The notes beneath the pieces are model-generated. The model did not search any database and was not told the origin of the DNA. It saw nothing but the letters and a program-made list of their open reading frames with translations. From contig JABVCE010000008.1 of assembly GCA_014905635.1 (NCBI GenBank), forward strand, positions 992,001 to 1,056,000: 64,000 nt of DNA, given 5' to 3'. Positions 53,026-64,000 of this stretch are shown here, one piece after another. The position numbers and the translations under genes were made by a program. Position 1 is the stretch's first letter, and the number at the start of each line of letters is the position of its first letter. This stretch comes from Scenedesmus sp. PABB004 (taxonomy: Eukaryota).

Positions 53026-55244
53026 ATGGCACGACCGGGCCGCGCCGCGCCAGCCTGGCCGCGCGCGCTGCTCGGGCTCGCCGCGGCCTGCGCGCTGGCG
53101 GGCGCGGGCGTCGCCGCCACCGATGAGCTCCGCCACGTGGTCCTGTTCAGTCCCAGCACGGCGGCGCCCGCGGACGCGGTGGCCAGGTGCGGCGGCGGCG
53201 GCGGGGAGTAGGCGTGGTCGGCGCAGCCTGGCGGGCCTGCGCGCCCACCCCGCCCGCCGCCACGCCGCACGCTGCACGCCAGCCTGGCCGCCCACGTGTC
53301 GGCGGCGCGCTACGCGGCTGGCGGCCCACTCTTCAGGGCGGCGGCAGCGCTCGGCGCGGCGGCGGAACAAGAGCCACTCTTCACCGTCGCCGAGGTGCTC
53401 GGCGTGCCCCCCGGCAGCGAGCCCAGCAGCAGCCCGCTCGGCGGCGGCGGCGGGCAGCCGACCACGCAGGGCGTGGTCGTGATGGCGACGCCCGCCGTGG
53501 CGGCGCTCCTCCGCGCCCAGCCCGACGTGGCGGCTGTCTTCCCTGACGTCTGGCTCCAAGGTGGGCCTGTCTGTGACAGCTGGGCTGAAGCTCAGCTGGG
53601 CTGGGATGCACGGTGGGCGGGCGGGGCGGCGCCGACCCCACACCACCCGCCCCTGCTCACTCACGCTCCCCCCCCCCCCCGCCGCTGCACCGCGCCACCC
53701 GCAGCGCCCCCACCGGCCGCGCCGCGGGCGCCCGAGGCGGTGCCGCTGGCGGCCCAGCCCGGCTGCGTGAACGCGACGCGGGGCGCCGCCGTGCGCGCGA
53801 GCGCGATCCCGCGGCCGGGCGCCGCCGTGGACTGGCTGGCGTGCCTAGCCCGCCCCGGGGGCAGCGCGTGCGGCTGGTGTGGACGGGGCGGCGCTGCGGC
53901 CCGGGGCTGCGGCGCGTGCGCTGGGACAGCCTCGCGGCCGTCGGCCCGCGCGGCGTGGCCCTCACCGACGCGGCCGGCGCGCCGTGCGCGCTCGCGCGCG
54001 ACGCGCGCCGCGCCGCCTGGAGCGCCGCCCGCTTTGGCGGCGGCTGCGGCGAGGCGCCGGGCTGGGCGCCGCAGCTCGCGACGAGCGTGTGCGCCGACGC
54101 CGTGCCGCCGCCGCCGCTGCTGGGCGCCGCGCCGCCGCCGCCGCCGCCAGCGGCGTCCCCGTCCCCGTCCCCGTCCCCGTCCCCGTCCCCGGCGCCGCCC
54201 GTGAGCGACGGCCTGCCGCGGCAGCCGCTGGCCGCGGGCGAGGAGGTGCCGGCCGGCGTGGCGCGCGTCGGCGCGTACCTCGCCGGCGCGGGCGTGCTGG
54301 CGCTGCCGCCGCGGGACGCGCTGCCGCCGGAGCGGCGCGTCGTCGTCGGCGTCGTCGACAGCGGCATCGACGCCAAGCACCCAGACCTCAACGTCGTCGG
54401 CGGCGTCAGCTGGGCCGGCAGCGCGCCGCCCGCAAACGGCACGGCGGCGGACCCGAACGACGCCGTGCCGGGCGTGGACGCGTTTGGGCACGGCACGATG
54501 TCGGCGGGCGTCATCGGCGCGGAGAACGACGGCGCCGGCCTCGTCGGCGTCGCGCCGGGCATCCCGCTGTTTGCTCTCAAGGTCTTTGACGCCCGCGGCG
54601 GCGGCTGGCTCTCCTGGTCCCTCTCCGCGGTCATCTGGGCGGGCGGCCCCGGCGGCGCGGAGGCGGGGCTGCGCGTGCTCAACCTGAGCCTCGGCTTCAC
54701 GCTCGCCGGCGGCGCGGCCGACGGCACCGGCGCGGCGCTGTGCCGCGTCTACGCCGACGCCGCGGCGGCGGGGCTCGCGATCTTTGCCGCGGCCGGCAAC
54801 GACGACTCCGACCTGGGCACCTTTTTCCCGGCCGCGTGCGCCGGCGTGGTGGCCGGCGTGGCCGCCGTGACGGCGCTGGACGCGGCCGAGCGCGCCGCCG
54901 CGCCGTTCAGCAACTGGCTGCCGGCGAGCTCGCCGGCGGACGTGCGCGGCCGCGTGCTCGCCGCGCCCGGCACCGACGTGCGCACGACCGCGAGCACGTC
55001 CGTGCGCGCGACCGGCTACACCACGGAGGACGGCACCAGCCTCGCCGCTCCGTACGCGGCCGGCGCGGCCGCGAGCTGCATCGTGCTCGGCGCCTGCCCG
55101 TCCGGCGACGCCGCGGGCGTGGTCGCCGCGCTCGCCGCGGCGGCGGCGCGCAGGGCGGCGGCCGACCCGTCGTCCGGCTTCAACGGCACCAACGCGCAGC
55201 GCGACTACGGCCCGCTCGTGTGGGCGGGGGGCCTGACCTCATGA
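53026..55244 (+). CDS. Secreted subtilisin-like serine protease (S8) with a Pro/(SP)n linker
   Basis: Signal peptide; catalytic triad VVDSGID, HGTMSAGVI and GTSLAAP; oxyanion AAGN; linker PPPPPPAASPSPSPSPSP. There is an apparent frameshift at a C4G5 run near 53855. Confidence 0.9.
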
Positions 55245-55891
55245 ACGGGGCTGGAATGCACCCCGGGGGAGGAGAGGGGGCAGCTGGTGTGGGGCTGGCT
55301 GGCGCGGGCTGCGCCTGGTGTGCGGGCGCCGCGCCGCGCAAACGACATGACGCCTGTCACGCCGGCGGCGGGCCATTGGGGGCTGCAGGCTGCGGCTGCC
55401 TGCCCCGCGCGCGTGAACGTGTGTGGCTGAGGGGCATACTTTGTTTTTGTGCCGCTGGCGCCAGTGAAGAATGTATTGCAGCTTGGTGAGCGGGCTGTCG
55501 CAGCACGGTGCGATGTGTGGCTCTGCGCAGGGGGATTCTGGGTGCAGGGGGATCCTGGGGTGCTGGCATTTGATCTAGCGCTGCTGGCTGCAGCGCTGGT
55601 GTGTGTGCAGTCGGGGCGCCGCGGCATGCCATGGTGTGTATCTCAGTCCCAGGGCGCTGCGACAGCCAGGGCGGCGTTTGCTGCCGCGCGGGCGGGCGGT
55701 GGCGTGAGCGCGCTGGAGCCGCGACGGAGCTCGCGGACTGCAACGGCGATTGCAATCTGGACGCCGGCGACCGAGCGTCGCCGCAACAGCCAACGCCTGC
55801 ACAGCCGCGCGCGCGCCGCGCAGCCAACCTCGCGCGCGACCCCGCCAACGCCCCCTGCGGCCTGAATCAAACGCCCGCGCGCGCCCGCGCC

Positions 55892-58800
55892 TCACGTGCG
55901 CGGCTGCGCGGCGGCCGCCAGCTGGCGCGTGAGCGCCTGCAGCATGTCCGGGCTGAGCTGCGCCACCGCGGCGCCCAGGCCCGCCTGCGCCTGCTGCTGG
56001 CTGAGCGCCGCCTGCAGGGCGAGCAGGTCCGGCACGCCCACGCCCACGCCCGCGCCCGCCGGCGCGGCGGCGCCGCTCGCGGCGAGCGCCAGCATCGTCT
56101 GCATGGGCAGGCTTGGCGCCGCGGCGCCCTGGAGCGCGGCAAGCGCCGCGGGGGCGCCCAGCCCGGGGGCGCCCAGCCCGGCGGCGCCGCCGAGCAGCTG
56201 GCGCAGCAGAAGGTCCCCGGCCGCCGCCTGCACAGGTGCTGCCGGCGCCGGCACCGATGCCTGGCTGGCCGATGGCGCGGCCGGCGCCGGCGCGGGCGGC
56301 TCCTGCTGCGGCGCGGGCGGCTCCTGCTGCGGCGCGGGCGGCTGCGTCGGCGCGCCCGCCGGCGCGGCCGCCGCCTCGCCCGGCGGCGCGTCCGCCGCCG
56401 CGCCCGCGCTGCTGCCGCGCCCCGACGCATCGTGCCGCAGCTGCCCCAGCGCCATCAGTGCCTCCACCTCGTCGGCGTCCGCCTCGCTCCGGCGCCGCGC
56501 GCCCTTGCCGCCCGCGGCGGCGCCCTGCTCCCCCAGCGCCTGGTCGCGCGCGGCGGCCGCCTGCTGCAGCGGCGGCGGCGGCGCCGCCGCGTCGCCGGCG
56601 CCGCACGCCGCCTCCGCCTCGCGCGGCTGCACGCCCGCAAAGCCCGCCGCTGCGAGGCCCGCCTGCAGCGTCTGCAGCGTCGCCTCCGCGGCCGACGGAG
56701 CCGGCAGCGGCACCGCCTCCGGCTGCTGCAGCGGCAGCACGCCCTTGACGTCCAGCGGCGCGATGCTCAGCGGCTCGTGCAGCAGCGCGGGCTTGGCCTC
56801 CGCCAGCTGCCCCGCGCCGCCGCCTGCCGCGGACTGGCCGCCGCCGGCGCGTGCTGCGGGCGCCGCCTCCCCGACTGCGCCCTGGGCGCCCGCGCCGCTG
56901 CTTGACGCCCTGGCGTCAGCCGCCTCGCCGCCGTCGGCGGCCGGCGCGGCGGCGACAGCGCCGCCGCCGGTGAGCAGGCCGCTGAGCGCCGCCAGCGCGG
57001 CGGCCGTGCCGGCGGGCGCGCCAGCCGCCACGCCCAGGCCAGTCAGCGAGGTCTGCTCGCTCTGCTGCGCGCTCAGCGGCTGCTCCGCGCCGCCGCCAGA
57101 GGGCAGCGCGCCGGCGCCCGCAGGCGCTGCCGCCGCCGCGGCGTCCGCGCTGGCCGCCGCCCCGGCGCCGAGCATGGCGAGCGCGCGCTGCAGCGCGCCG
57201 TCGGCCGCCGGCTCGGCGGCGCTCGGCTGCTTGGCGGCGGCCGCCAGGATCGCCATCAGCTGCTGCTGCTGCTGCTGCTGCTGGCCAGCGCCCGCTGCCG
57301 CTGCCGCGAGCAGCAGCTGCTGCGCGTCGGCCTGCTGCATGCCCGGCAGGCGCAGCTGCTGCTGCAGCTGCTGCTGCTGGAGCAGCGCGCCCAGCGAGCC
57401 CGGCTGCAGCACCGACTGGAGCACCTGCTGGCCCAAAATCGCCGCCAGCTGCTGCTGCTGCGCCTGCTGCGCCTGCTGCTGCTGCAGCGCCCCGAGCACG
57501 CCGAGGACGTTGCCGCCGGGGTGGAACGCCGCCGCGCCGGCGAGCTGCGCCTGCAGCGCCGCCACCGCGAGCGGGTTGGCCGCCGCGCCCGCGAGCTGGC
57601 CGAGCAGGGCCGCCTGCGGGTTGCCGCCGCCAAAGAGGCCGGCGACCGCCGCCGCGGCGGGCGCGGCGGCGGCGGCGGCGGGGTCGACGCTGCCCGAGCC
57701 CGCCGCCGCCAGCGCCGCCTGCAGCAGGCTCTGCGGGGTGGCCGCCGCCGCGGCGCTCTGGCCCCAGGGGTTGGCTGCCGACGCCGCCGCCGCTGCCGCA
57801 GCGGCCGCGGGGTCCGGCGCGCCGTAGCCGGCGCCCGACCACGCCGCCATGCCCGCCGCCTCCAGCATCTGCTGCTGCAGCGCGTGCGCTGGTGCGCGGC
57901 GCGCGGGGCGGCGGCGCGGGCGCGCGGGGCGGGCCGGGTCGATCGAGCGCGTGCACAAGGAGGGGGGAGGGGGCGCGAGGCGTGCGGCCGGCAGCGCGCG
58001 CGCGCGCCCCGCGAGGCCGAGCCTCCCCCCTCCCCCCTGGGCGCTCACCGGCCTGGCCCTGGTGCTCCATCTTCATGCGCTTTGCCACGCCGCCGTCGCG
58101 CGGCTCCACCTGGCGCTTCAGGTAGCCGTTCCTGCCGCGCGCCCGCGGCGGCGGCGGGGTCGGGGCCGGCGCCCGGCCCGCGCCGCGCGCGCGCCGCGCG
58201 CCGCGCCGCGCGCGCGCCCGCGCGCGCCGCCGCGCCCACCGCCGCGCGCTGAGGCCGGAGCCCCACCAGTAGTTCTTGATCGCGTTGTCGGTGCGCCCCG
58301 GCAGGAACTTGGCGATCTGCGCCCACCGGTTGCCCAGCTGCGCGTGCTTCTCGATGATGATCTTCTTCTGCGGGGGGCGACGGCGCGGCGCGCGTGCGGC
58401 GCTCGGCGCGCGGCGGCGCACGGACGGCGGGCCGCTGGCCGAGCAGGCAGGGGCCGGCCGCGCCCCGCCGCGGCCGCACCTCCTCCTCCGTGAACGGGTC
58501 CTTGCGCACGCCCGGGTTGAGCTGGTTGCACCACCTGCGCGCAGGCGCGCGGCGCCGCGTTCAGCGCGAGCGGCGCGTGGCTGCGCCGGCCGCCGCGCTG
58601 CGCCGCCGCCGCCGGCGCCGCGCCGGGCTCGCGGGCCCACCTCAGCCGGCAGCTCTTGCCGTTGCGCCCGCCCAGGCCCTGCGCGGGGCGGGCGGCAGGA
58701 AAATCACCGTCAGCGGGCGGCCGTTGGCGGGCCGCGGCGCGCATGCGTCGCCCAGCGGCCCGTCCTGGCCGCTCCCGCACCTGTGCGATGAGCGTCCAGT

Positions 58801-59145
58801 TCTGGGGGCCATACTTCTCAACCAGCTCCACCAGGCGCGCGTCCTCCTGCGCCGCACACCGCGCCGCAGGCCTCAGCGCGGCGCGGAGGGACCCTCCGTC
58901 GCCGTCCGCGGCCCACGGACCGCCCGGCGGGGCCGCCCGGGGCCGCAGCGCGGCGCCGGCCCCAACTGTCGCCAGTTGGCCGCTACCCGCCGCTCCATGC
59001 CCGCGCGCCCCGGCCGAGCCCGCCATGGGCACGGGCGCCGCACCTCGGGCGTCCAGGAGGAGCGCTTGGGCAGCACGCCGTGGTCGTGCGCGGCGAGGCC
59101 GGGCGCCGCGCCGCTCGCGCCGCTGCTGCTGCTCGGCTCCGCCAT
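55892..59145 (-). CDS. R2R3-MYB transcription factor with a long Q/A-rich C-terminal region
   Basis: [47 protein letters not shown]...[41 protein letters not shown]. Confidence 0.95.
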
Positions 59146-60422
59146 GCCGGCCGGGTGGCTCGGGCGGCGTGGCGCGGTGTGGGCGGCAGCGGCGGCGCCG
59201 CGAGCTGCGGCGGCGCGCTGCGGCGGCGGCGGCAGCCGGCGGCGGCTCTGCTCGGAGAACCGCCCCCGGCAGCGCGCGGCACGCGCCTGCGCGGCCGCAA
59301 AGGGCGAGGCGCCGTCGCCGGGCGCCGCCAGCTGCATCGCGCCGGCGCGGGGCTGGCGTGCGCGGGCTCGCGCGGGCGGGCGGTGCTGCGGGCGCGCGCG
59401 GGCTAGAGCTGCTGCGTGCCGGCCATGTGCGCGCGCTGCCGGGTCTCTGGGCGCTGCGTTCGCTGCGTCGCTGGCCGGGCAGAGTCTCCGCGGCGCGGGC
59501 GGGGCGCGCCGCGTAAAGGCTGCGCGCCCCCGCCCCTCGAGCTTCCCCGGCCGCGCCACCCCGCGAGCTGCGCCGCACCGGCCGCGGACGGCGGCTCTCG
59601 CGTCGGCGTCCCACCCCGCGCAGCATCGCCTCCCCGCCGCCAACGCGCCCCCGCCGCGCGCGCGCGCGCCCCAGCACGTGCCGGGGCGCGGCGGCGGCGC
59701 TCCCAAAAACAGCGACGCGCAGAGAGGGCCTGCCCGCAATGCATTGCTGCCGCGGCGCCGCGGCGACCGGCCAAATGCGCCCCGCGCCTGGCACGCCGCA
59801 GTGCCGAGGCAAGCCATGAGCGCCACCGCCGCCCGCCCGAGCGGGGCGGCGGCCCGCGCGCCATCCCCGCCCCGCGCGGCCTCGCCGCCCTCCTGTGATG
59901 ACCACCAAACAAAAACAAACACGCAAACAACACAGCGGCGCGGCGGCGCGCTGCGGGCGCGCCGCCGCATGCCGCACGGACCTCCCCCCTCCCGCCTGGG
60001 CTCGTGGGAGCCAGCAGGGGCGTGCTTGGACGAGACGACGACGACGACGACGACGCAGGCCCGGGGCCTGGGGGCTGCGTGCACCTCTGTTGCGTGCAGC
60101 AAAACGAATCGATGACAAGGGAGACAGTCAGTTCACTGTCGCTGAATAACGCACACGCCAACGGGTCACGCATCGCAGTCATTCCGGCGCGGGGCGCGCT
60201 CGCCCAAGCCGGCGGCAACAAGCCGCCCCGTGCCGCGGCGGCGGCGGCGGCAGCGGCGACGGCGGCGGCGGCGGCGGCGGCGGCCGCCCGCGTTGGGGCG
60301 CGCCGCACGTCCGCGTCGACCGGCCTCCACCTCCCGCGCCGCCCTCTCCGTGCGCGCGGCAGCGCCGGCTGAAGCACGCGCGCCGGCCCGCGGCGCGCCA
60401 CTGCTGCGCGGTGCCACCCGGC

Positions 60423-61514
60423 TCAGAGCGCCACCTTTTTGGCCCAGTGGTGCGCGTAGGACAGCCGCGACTGGCGGGCCACCAACTTGCTCGCGGGCGC
60501 GGCGGCGCCGGCAGCCAGCTGCTCCGAGCGCGGGCTGTCAAAGTCCTGCGCGCGTGCGGCGGCGGCGGCGGCGGCGGCAGAGTGGGGCGGGGCGCCGGCG
60601 CTGCGAGAGCGCGCGCGCGCGCCCGCGCGGCGCGTCGCGCGGCGCCGCCCCCGCGGCCGCGGCGGCCGCGCACCGACGACGACGCGCCGCCGGCCGCCAG
60701 CTGCTCCGCGACCCGGGCGAGCGTCTCGGCCGCGTCCTGGCACAGCGCGCGCCACGACACCTCCGCCGCGGCGGTGCCGGCGGTGCTGCTGTTGCTGCTC
60801 CCGCTTGCGTCGTCCAGGCTGCTGGCGCTGCTGCCGGCGTCGCCGGCCGCGCCGTCGCCCGCGGCCGCCTGCACCTGCCTGTCCAGCTGCAGGACGAAGC
60901 CCTGCAGCGCCTTGAGCCACTGCCGGCAGTCCGCCGTGTCCGCGGCGGCGCCTGCGCGCGGCGCGGCGCAGCGCGCGCGCCCGTGAGCGCGGGGCCGGCG
61001 GCCGCGGCGGCGGCGCGGGTACGCGGCCGCACCCGGCGAGACTCGGCGCTCGTCGAGGGTGTCGTCCAGGGCGACGATGCAGGAGTGCATCTCCTGCAGC
61101 TTGTCCAGCAGGCCGCGCGCCTCGCCGCCCGACGACCCGAGCGTGGCGAGCGCGTCGAGCGCCGCCGTCGCGACGCGCGCGGCGGTCGCGAGCTGCGCGG
61201 CCCACTGCTGCTGGTCCGGCGTCGCGCCGGGCGCGCAGAGCTGCGACACCACGTGCTTGCTGGCGCCTGGGGCAGGGGGCGCAGGCGGGGGCGGGGCGGG
61301 GGCGGCGTCGGCGCGCGCGCGAGCAGCGGGCGGCCGCTGCCGCTGCGCGCCGCCGCCCGCCGCGCCGCCGCCGCGCCGCCGCCGGGCCTGCCGCCGCGCC
61401 GAGGCGTCGGGCTGCCTGGCCGGCGCGGCCTGGCGGCGGTGTCCGGCCCCCCTTCGCGCGCCCCGCGCCGGCCGGGCGCTCACCGAGGGCGAAGCTCTCG
61501 GAGTCGAAGCTCAT
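60423..61514 (-). CDS. Hypothetical helical protein, ~4 exons (start uncertain)
   Basis: Coding-like exons bounded by GT/AG: MSFDSESFALG / ASKHVVSQLC...LLDKLQEMHSCIVALDDTL / ...CRQWLKALQGFVLQLDRQV... / DFDSPRSEQ...HHWAKKVAL*. Confidence 0.6.
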   Translation of the reverse strand: MSFDSESFALGERPAGAGRAKGGRTPPPGRAGQAARRLGAAAGPAAARRRRGGRRRAAAAAARCSRARRRRPRPAPACAPCPRRQQARGVAALRARRDAGPAAVGRAARDRRARRDGGARRARHARVVGRRGARPAGQAAGDALLHRRPGRHPRRAPSLAGCGRVPAPPPRPPAPRSRARALRRAARRRRRGHGGLPAVAQGAAGLRPAAGQAGAGGRGRRRGRRRRQQRQQPGRRKREQQQQHRRHRRGGGVVARAVPGRGRDARPGRGAAGGRRRVVVGARPPRPRGRRRATRRAGARARSRSAGAPPHSAAAAAAAARAQDFDSPRSEQLAAGAAAPASKLVARQSRLSYAHHWAKKVAL

Positions 61515-62158
61515 CTCGGAGTCGCACCCCCGCGGGCGGGCAGCGGCGCGCTGGCCAACCGCCCTGAACCGCCTGGGCTCTCTGTGCCCGACCGCCAGCG
61601 CCCGGGCTGTCACCAGACCGTGCACGGTGAGAGGCACACGCAGCGGCGGGGGGGGGGGCAGCGCGCTGCTGTTGATGGGGTGGCCGCGCGTGCTGCCGCG
61701 GCGCCCCCTCGCGCCCCACGGACGCAAGGACGATCTGCTTGATCCTGGGTGATCGGGGCCGGGGCGGCTGCCTTTCTCTGCACGCCCGCTGCGGGGCTGC
61801 TCGGCGGTTCAGGGCGGCACGCCGCGACCGTCTGCACAATCCGGTGCGCGGCGCTTGGGCACCAGATCGTGCACGGTCGGAGGCACGCAGCGGTCACCCG
61901 CGCCCGGCGAGAGCCTCCCGCGTTGCACAGCCGGTCGATCGGGCGACTGGGGCGCGCGCGCTGCCGGCAGCCCAAGCCGGCGCGCGCCGCGATGGGCAGC
62001 CTGTGAGGCGCGTGTGTGGTGCGTGCGTCGCGGCCGCTCGGATCGCGCACTCCGCCGCGTTCCGGAAGATTCATGCCGCCGCCCCGCGCCGCCCCGCGCC
62101 GCGCCGCGCCGCCCCGCCGTCCGGCGCCACGGCCTCGGTTGAGGGCGCGCTGGGCGCC

Positions 62159-62504
62159 ATGGAGCCGGAGCCGGAGCCGCCGCCGCCGCCGATCGGCGGC
62201 GGGCAGCAGGAGGCGCAGCAGCGCGCCGGCGCGCCGGCTCAGGCCGATCCCGCGCACCCCGTGGCGCCCGCCGGCCTTTTCGCGCTGCCGGTGCTGAACT
62301 GGGGCGCGCCGCAGCCCGCGCCGCAGCCGGCGGGCGCGGCTGCGCTGGCGCCCAGCGCAGCCGCGCCCGCCGGCGGCTGGCGCCGGCTGGCGCCGCGCGT
62401 ATCGCGGGCCGGCAGAGGACGACTGGCTGCAGCCGCCGGAGCAGCAGCAGCAGCAGCAGCAACAGCAACAGCACCAGCACCAGCACCAGCACCAGCAGCA
62501 GCAC

Positions 62505-62535
<31 letters not shown>

Positions 62536-62852
62536 GCGGCGCGGCGCCGCGGCAGCCGCCCGCCGCCGGCGGCTTCGCATACCAGGAGGTGGTGCGCGGG
62601 CCGGCGCGCCAGGACCTGCCGGGGCACGACTGTGCTCAGTGCCGCGACTTCTACGGCGCCCTCTCCACCTGGGGCGCGCCGGCGCCGGGCACCATGATGC
62701 TGCTCCCGTGCACGCACGCGCTGGCCCCGGCCGCGCTGCAGGCCGCGTCGCGGCACCGCGCCAAGCACGCGCCTCCCGAGACCCCGCCGGGGTTTTGGGA
62801 CATCGGGTTCACGCCCGATGAGCAGGCGGCGGTGTTTACGCTTGGCGACCCT

Positions 62853-62885
<33 letters not shown>

Positions 62886-63292
62886 GGCGTGCCCGCCCCG
62901 TGCGGCGGGCGCAGCCGCAGCCCGCCGCAGCCGCAGCAGCAGCGGCCGCCCATGGACGCGTCGCCGCCGTGGCGCACCGTGGCGCGCGCGCGCCGCCCCC
63001 CCGGCGGCGGCGGCGGCGGCGGCGGCGGCGCGCTGCCCGCCGCGCGCGGGCCGCGCCCTGGCCGCGCAGCCGCGCCCGGCGGTGGCGGCAGGGGCAGCCC
63101 CGGGCCCAGCAGCAGCAGCAGCGGCAGCGGGAGCAGCAGCAGCAGCGGGAGCGGCAGCGGGAGCGGCAGCGGGAGCGGCTGGCGCGGCGGCAGCCCGGCG
63201 CCGCGGCCGGACGACGCGCCGGTGCAGGCGCCGGCGCCGCCGCCGCCCGTGGCGCCGCAGCAGCGGCAGCCGCAGCCGGTCGCGCCGCCGCC

Positions 63293-63337
<45 letters not shown>

Positions 63338-64000
63338 CGTGGCGCCGCAGCAGCGGCAGCCGCCGGCGGCCGCGCCAGCGCCGCCGCCGGCGCCGCCGAA
63401 GCTCATGGCGCCGGCGGGCACGTGCACCGGCGCGCAGCTCGCGCTGCTGAAGCGCGAGCTGGAGGACAAGGGGTTGGCGCTCGTGCACGGCCGCGCCAAC
63501 GGCCTGTGCGGGTTCTCCCTCATCGCGATTGCCGTGCTGCGCATGCTGGACGCGGCGGAGCTGCAGGAGCCGACCCACGACCTGCGCAGCTTCGACCCCG
63601 ACACGCTGGACATGCTGGACGAGCAGGCGGGCGAGCTGCGGTCGCGGACGGTGGAGCTCATCCGCGAGCTGGGCTTGAGCGACCAGCTGCACCCGAGCGG
63701 CGTGCCCTGGCGCGATGCGCTCGGCGTGGCCGGCGCGGACGCCGTGGAGCTGGCGCGAGACCTGGAGGCCGGGGGCTACCCCAGCGAGGCTGAGCTGCGG
63801 GCTCTGTGCATGAGCCTGGCAGACTCGGTCTTCCTGGCCGACGTCTACAGCCTTGACACGGTCCTCATCGCCCTGCAGGAGCAGGGCGACGCGTTCCAGG
63901 CGAGCGAGGGCAACCGGCTCGTGGCGCTCGCGCTGCCGGCCGCCGCGGCGCCGGAGTTTGCGCCCGTGCTCGGGGCGGAGAAACTGCAGCTCGACCACTG
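62159..64000 (+). CDS. CtIP/Sae2 C-terminal-motif protein fused to an OTU-like domain (3'-truncated by the window)
   Basis: The frame with codons starting at multiples of 3 is open from 62298 to the window end, so it is absent from the ORF track. It reads FAYQEVVRGPARQDLPGHDCAQCRDFY...SRHRAKHAPPETPPGFWDIGF and later GLALVHGRANGLCGFSLIA. The ATG at 62159 is in another frame, implying a shift or small intron at ~62300-62370. Confidence 0.75.

Overview
This is a very GC-rich, gene-dense eukaryotic nuclear segment with short introns. The TGTAA poly(A) signals, G(T/C)GCG donors and a plastid carotenoid gene point to a chlorophycean green alga; that lineage is an inference. About 19 protein-coding genes can be stitched together from exons, and most entries in the ORF track are GC-shadow frames. 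Recognisable genes are mitochondrial dihydrolipoamide dehydrogenase, CRTISO, RAE1, a DCN1-like protein, STK19, an R2R3-MYB, an S8 subtilisin, a HAT/TPR protein, a RING E3, a MYND+CS protein and an R3H+ankyrin protein. Five observations stand out. (1) A cluster of three secreted Cys-rich genes (21.4-36.7 kb) includes two tandem paralogues that are nearly identical even in introns, except for one equal-length, highly diverged 95-codon segment lying just beyond a tandem exon+intron stalk. (2) A gene at the right edge, missing from the ORF track, joins a CtIP/Sae2 C-terminal motif to an OTU-like domain. (3) GC-AG introns are unusually frequent. (4) A 344-bp direct repeat that copies a putative divergent promoter and an ATG flanks the MYND-CS gene. 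(5) A coiled-coil gene is built from near-perfect 483-bp (23-heptad) repeats. All exon boundaries were read by eye and no database searches were run.
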